DNA of 64,000 nucleotides from Escherichia coli (GTDB lineage Bacteria; Pseudomonadota; Gammaproteobacteria; Enterobacterales; Enterobacteriaceae): NCBI RefSeq assembly GCF_048403405.1, contig NZ_CP183129.1; one strand, 5' to 3'. Shown piece by piece: positions 59,108 to 64,000 of this stretch (position 1 is its first letter; each line of letters starts with the position of its first letter). The notes under the pieces were generated by a model. It saw only the letters and a program-made list of their open reading frames with translations, ran no database searches and was not told where the DNA came from. The position numbers and the translations under genes were made by a program.

Positions 59108-59992
59108 ATGAAAAAAACATTACTGGCAGCCGGTGCGGTACTGGCGCTCTCTTCGTCTTTTACTGTCAACGCAGCTGAAAACGACAAACCGCAGTATCTT
59201 TCCGACTGGTGGCACCAGAGCGTTAACGTTGTCGGAAGCTATCACACCCGTTTCGGACCGCAGATCCGCAACGATACCTACCTTGAGTACGAAGCATTCG
59301 CTAAAAAAGACTGGTTCGACTTCTATGGTTATGCGGATGCGCCGGTATTCTTCGGCGGTAACTCCGATGCAAAAGGTATCTGGAACCACGGTTCTCCGCT
59401 GTTTATGGAAATCGAACCACGTTTCTCCATCGACAAGCTGACCAATACTGACCTTAGCTTTGGTCCGTTCAAAGAGTGGTACTTCGCGAACAACTACATT
59501 TACGACATGGGTCGTAATAAAGATGGTCGCCAGAGCACCTGGTACATGGGTCTGGGTACCGATATCGATACTGGCCTGCCGATGAGCCTGTCCATGAACG
59601 TCTATGCGAAATACCAGTGGCAGAACTATGGCGCAGCGAATGAAAACGAGTGGGACGGTTACCGTTTCAAAATTAAATACTTTGTGCCGATTACCGATCT
59701 GTGGGGCGGTCAGCTGAGCTACATCGGCTTCACCAACTTCGACTGGGGTTCCGATTTAGGGGATGACAGCGGTAATGCAATAAACGGTATTAAGACCCGT
59801 ACCAATAACTCCATCGCTTCCAGCCATATTCTGGCTCTGAACTACGATCACTGGCACTACTCTGTCGTAGCTCGTTACTGGCACGACGGTGGTCAGTGGA
59901 ACGACGATGCAGAACTGAACTTCGGCAACGGCAACTTCAACGTTCGCTCTACCGGCTGGGGTGGTTACCTGGTAGTAGGTTACAACTTCTAA
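59108..59992 (+). CDS. tsx: nucleoside-specific outer membrane channel Tsx
   Basis: 294 aa from internal [55 protein letters not shown]... Confidence 0.96.
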
Positions 59993-60000
59993 TTGTGAGA

Positions 60001-60028
60001 ATGCCGGATTTCATATCCGGCATTTTTT
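60001..60028 (+). terminator. rho-independent terminator after tsx
   Basis: ATGCCGGAT-ttcat-ATCCGGCAT hairpin followed by T6, 9 nt after the tsx stop. Confidence 0.75.
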
Positions 60029-60029
60029 A

Positions 60030-60377
60030 TCACTTCTTCTTATTCATCATCGCTTTTAAATCAGCGAATGGGTTGTACTTCGCTTCACCGACATCTTTCT
60101 GCGCATCTTCCCCTGCGATAACGGTCGTACCATACTGATCTGCTTCGGTATATTTTGAATGCTCGTGATCGTGGCAATAAAGACACAATAACTCCCAGTT
60201 ACTGCCGTCTTCCGGGTTATTGGTATGGTCGTGATCAATGTGGTGAACGGTAAGTTCACGCAGGTTGGAATAAACAAACTCGCGAGAACAGCGACCGCAG
60301 ACCCACGGATAGATTTTTAATGCTTTTTCGCGATAACCGCTTTCTAACCGCGCATAGTTTTTTGGGATGATAGCCAT
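60030..60377 (-). CDS. yajD: HNH-nuclease-family protein YajD
   Basis: 115-aa ORF MAIIPKNYARLESGYREKALKIYPWVCGRCSREFVYSNLRELTVHHIDHDHTNN... Confidence 0.93.
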   Translation of the reverse strand: MAIIPKNYARLESGYREKALKIYPWVCGRCSREFVYSNLRELTVHHIDHDHTNNPEDGSNWELLCLYCHDHEHSKYTEADQYGTTVIAGEDAQKDVGEAKYNPFADLKAMMNKKK

Positions 60378-60505
60378 GAAAAGTTACCTGGATGAAATGT
60401 AGGGTTACGCGCAGTTTCCCAAGATGCGGGGATTTTCGCAATCTCCATACATCAAAAAAAATCCCGATCTTCTGACCGGGATTTTCAACATCAACGGGAA
60501 CTTGA

Positions 60506-61477
60506 TTACGGCAGAATTGACGGCTGATCCGCCCCTTCTTTTTCCACTTTCTGCTGCAGCATGTGTTCGCGCTTCATACCCAGTTTCAGAGCCAGCGCCG
60601 ATGCTACGTAGATGGAAGATGCAGTACCGATGGAAACACCAATCAGCATGGTCAGCGAGAAGCCTTCCAGTACCGGACCACCGAAGAGGTACAGCATCAG
60701 GATAACCATCAAGGTAGTACCGGATGTGATCAAGGTACGGTGCAGCGTCTGGGTCAAGGACACGTTAAAGATTTCGTAAGGCGTACCGCGACGGATCTTG
60801 CGGAAGTTTTCACGAATTCGGTCCGATACCACGATACTGTCGTTAAGCGAGTAACCGATAACCGACATCAACGATGCCACAATGGTCAGGTCAATCTCGA
60901 TATGGAATAACGACAAAATACCCAGCGTAATGATAACGTCGTGCGCCAGCGCAATAACAACCCCTGCCGCCAGTCGCCACTCAAAGCGGAAACCTACGTA
61001 CACGAGGATAGACAGCAGCGCCGCCATCAACGCCATCGCACCGGTTTGCGCAAGGTCTGCCCCCACGCTCGGACCGACGAACTCAATACGCTTCACTGCC
61101 GCATTCTGATTGGTGGATTCGTTAATCACCTTCAGAACCTGGCTGCCCAGCACCTGACCGCCGGTTTCGCCTTCAGCAGGCGGCATACGGACCATGATGT
61201 CGTGGCTGCTACCAAAGTTTTGCAGCATCGGCTCTTCAAAACCGGCTTTTTGCAATGCATCACGCATTACGTCAATTTCAGCCGGTTTTTCGAGCGTAAT
61301 TTCGATAACCGTACCACCGGTGAAATCCAGCCCCCAGTTAAAGCCGCGCACGCCCATAATAACGATAGCGGCGATTAACAGCAGACCAGAGATGCCAAAA
61401 GCCCAGTAGTCCCAGCGCATAAAGTCATAGACTTTACGGCCGTGGTTTAGTTGTTCAACAGTATATTCCTGTGCCAC
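60506..61477 (-). CDS. secF: protein translocase subunit SecF
   Basis: 323 aa starting at GTG ([28 protein letters not shown]...), 15 codons inside table ORF 60506..61522. Confidence 0.93.
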
Positions 61478-61487
61478 ATCGCACTCC

Positions 61488-63335
61488 TCAGATTGACAGC
61501 TTCTTGACGCGCTTGCCGCCATATAGCAGGTTTACGATGGCACGCGTACCGACAATCGCGGTAAACATCGACGTCGCCACACCGATACCGGTAGTAATCG
61601 CGAACCCTTTAATTGCCCCGGTACCCACTGCGTACAGGATGATGACTTTAATCAGCGTGGTGATGTTCGCATCGAAGATAGAACTGAATGCGCCACGATA
61701 ACCTTCATCAATTGCCTGTTGAACAGTACGTCCGTTGCTCAACTCTTCTTTAATACGTTCGTTGATCAGTACGTTCGCATCGACCGCTACCGCAAGGGTT
61801 AAGACGATACCCGCGATACCTGGCATACTCAGCGTTGCGCCTGGCAACAGCGACATAATGCCGACAATCAAGATCAAGTTGGCAATCAGAGCACTGGTCG
61901 CAATCAGACCAAACTTCTTATAGAAGATGATCATGAACAGAATAGAAACCAGCAGACCGGCAAGGCAAGCCTCCAGCCCCTGCTCAATGTTCTGCATACC
62001 CAGGGTCGGGCCAATTGTACGTTCTTCAACAATCTGAATCGGCGCGATCAACGCACCGGCACGCAGCAGCAGTGACAGCTGACGGGCTTCGTTCGGGTTG
62101 TTGATGCCGGTGATACGGAAGCTGTTACCCAGACGAGACTGGATGTTGGCGATGTTAATCACCTCTTCCTGTTTCACCAGAACCGCACGACCGTTTGCAT
62201 CTTTCTTACCGCTGTCTTTGTACTCCACAAACAGGGTCGCCATCGGTTTGCCGATGTTGTCCTTGGTGAAATTAGACATAATGTTGCCACCTGCGCTGTC
62301 GAGCGAGATGTTAACCTGCGGCTGGTTGTATTCGTCCTGGCTGGAAGTGGAGTCAGTGATATGGTCACCGGTCAGAATTACGCGTTTGTACAGCACAACC
62401 GGCTGACCTTCGCGGGTCTGTTTCACTTCAGAGTCGCCCGGTACGCGGCCGGAAGCCGCTGCGGCCTGATCAACGTTGGTGTTTACCAGACGGAATTCCA
62501 GCGTTGCCGTCGCACCCAGAATCTCTTTCGCACGCGCGGTGTCCTGAATACCTGGCAGTTCAACAACGATACGGTCAGCACCCTGACGCTGAACCACCGG
62601 CTCCGCCACGCCAAGTTGGTTTACACGGTTACGCAGGATATTGATGTTCTGCTGCACCGCATATTCACGCGCTTCACTCAGGCGAGCATCGCTCATTACC
62701 GCACGCAGCTGGTTGTTGCCCTGGCTGCTAATCACCAGGTCCGGATGACGCTTGCTCAGATACGCAATGGCTTCATCACGAGCTTTAGCATCGCGGAAAG
62801 TGATGCTCAGGCCGTAGTTATTTTCTTTACGAACGGTGGTATACGGGATGCCCTTTTCGCGCAGGTCGCTGCGCAGGCTATCGATGTTTTGTTCCTGGAG
62901 TTTGCCAAGCGCGGTGTCCATATCCACTTCCATCAGGAAGTGAACGCCGCCACGCAGGTCAAGGCCGAGCTTCATCGGCTCAGCGTGAATAGCTGCCAGC
63001 CAGCGCGGCGTTGCCGGGGCAAGGTTAAGCGCCACGACGTATTTGTCACCCATAACGCCCATTAATGCTTCACGAGCGCGCAGTTGGGTGTCAGTGGAGT
63101 CGAAGCGCGCAAGAATAGCGCCCTCTTCCAGTGCCACAGACTTAGCAGTTATTTTTTCTTCTTGTAACGTTTTCTGGACCTGGATCAGCGTTTGCTCACT
63201 GGCGGCGACTCCGCGCGCACCAGTGATCTGAACAGCCGGATCCTCACCAAACAGGTTGGGAAGCGCATACAGCAGACCGATGACAATCACCACGATCAGC
63301 ATGACGTACTTCCACAAAGGATAACGGTTTAACAC
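61488..63335 (-). CDS. secD: protein translocase subunit SecD
   Basis: 615-aa [52 protein letters not shown]... Confidence 0.97.
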   Translation of the reverse strand: MLNRYPLWKYVMLIVVIVIGLLYALPNLFGEDPAVQITGARGVAASEQTLIQVQKTLQEEKITAKSVALEEGAILARFDSTDTQLRAREALMGVMGDKYVVALNLAPATPRWLAAIHAEPMKLGLDLRGGVHFLMEVDMDTALGKLQEQNIDSLRSDLREKGIPYTTVRKENNYGLSITFRDAKARDEAIAYLSKRHPDLVISSQGNNQLRAVMSDARLSEAREYAVQQNINILRNRVNQLGVAEPVVQRQGADRIVVELPGIQDTARAKEILGATATLEFRLVNTNVDQAAAASGRVPGDSEVKQTREGQPVVLYKRVILTGDHITDSTSSQDEYNQPQVNISLDSAGGNIMSNFTKDNIGKPMATLFVEYKDSGKKDANGRAVLVKQEEVINIANIQSRLGNSFRITGINNPNEARQLSLLLRAGALIAPIQIVEERTIGPTLGMQNIEQGLEACLAGLLVSILFMIIFYKKFGLIATSALIANLILIVGIMSLLPGATLSMPGIAGIVLTLAVAVDANVLINERIKEELSNGRTVQQAIDEGYRGAFSSIFDANITTLIKVIILYAVGTGAIKGFAITTGIGVATSMFTAIVGTRAIVNLLYGGKRVKKLSI

Positions 63336-63362
63336 GGCAATTCCCTTAGGGAAAAATTTTAA

Positions 63363-63695
63363 TTACAGCGCCTTCATAGTGCCTTTCGGCAGGACGGCAG
63401 CTACGAAGTCACGTTTAATAACTACTTCAGTGGTGTCATTCAGCGCGATAGCAATGTAGCCGTTTTCCGCTACTTTGGTTACGCGACCAACCAGGCCACC
63501 GTTCGTCAGAACTTCATCACCTTTGGCAATGGAGTCCATCAGCTTTTTGTGTTCTTTGGTGCGCTTCTGCTGTGGACGCAGGATCATGAAATAGAAAATC
63601 AGACCGAATACCACCAGCATCAAAATCAAAGACATCGGGCTACCTTGCGCCGGTGCACCCGTTGCCGCTACCGCATCAGAAATAAAAAAGCTCAT
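63363..63695 (-). CDS. yajC: Sec translocon accessory subunit YajC
   Basis: 110 aa from internal ATG MSFFISDAVAATGAPAQGSPMSLILMLVVFGLIFYFMILRPQQKRTKEHKKLMD... Confidence 0.95.
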   Translation of the reverse strand: MSFFISDAVAATGAPAQGSPMSLILMLVVFGLIFYFMILRPQQKRTKEHKKLMDSIAKGDEVLTNGGLVGRVTKVAENGYIAIALNDTTEVVIKRDFVAAVLPKGTMKAL

Positions 63696-63717
63696 TAAAT
63701 TTCCCTCATTATTAATA

Positions 63718-64000
<283 letters not shown>

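Overview
This window reads as a conserved Escherichia coli/Shigella-type chromosomal backbone segment, colinear with the K-12 interval mscK-acrRAB-tomB-hha-maa-ylaC-pdeB-ybaA-ffs-atl-ybaY-tesB-amtB-glnK-mdlBA-decR-cof-ybaE-queC-fadM-ybaV-ppiD-hupB-lon-clpXP-tig-bolA-yajG-ampG-cyoABCDE-yajR-yajQ-panE-yajL-thiI-xseB-ispA-dxs-yajO-pgpA-thiL-nusB-ribE-ribD-nrdR-yajI-tsx-yajD-secFD-yajC-tgt. All calls are by recognition of the translated ORFs and of the gene order; no database search was run. Almost all backbone genes are full length and intact. Two loci depart from the backbone. (1) About 2 kb of visibly AT-rich DNA between yajO and pgpA (about 50.3-52.3 kb) carries a single 523-aa ORF with a Salmonella SPI-2-type WEK(I/M)xxFF-like N-terminal motif and tandem pentapeptide repeats, which I read as an orphan type III secretion effector of the EspY3/PipB2 kind; this family is already described, so it is not a novel system. 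(2) A 1748-bp IS200/IS605-family element (divergent tnpA/tnpB, no target duplication, matching subterminal hairpins) sits precisely inside the lipoprotein gene yajI at 56652-58399. Its TnpB looks intact (RuvC D-E-D plus zinc finger), so it is a candidate OMEGA RNA-guided nuclease with a guide predicted from the yajI flank, while the TnpA HuH motif reads H-V-N. I found no CRISPR array, tRNA or rRNA gene; the only RNA gene recognised is ffs (4.5S RNA). I see no convincingly undescribed multi-gene system in this window; the IS605/TnpB locus and the effector islet are the parts most worth follow-up.
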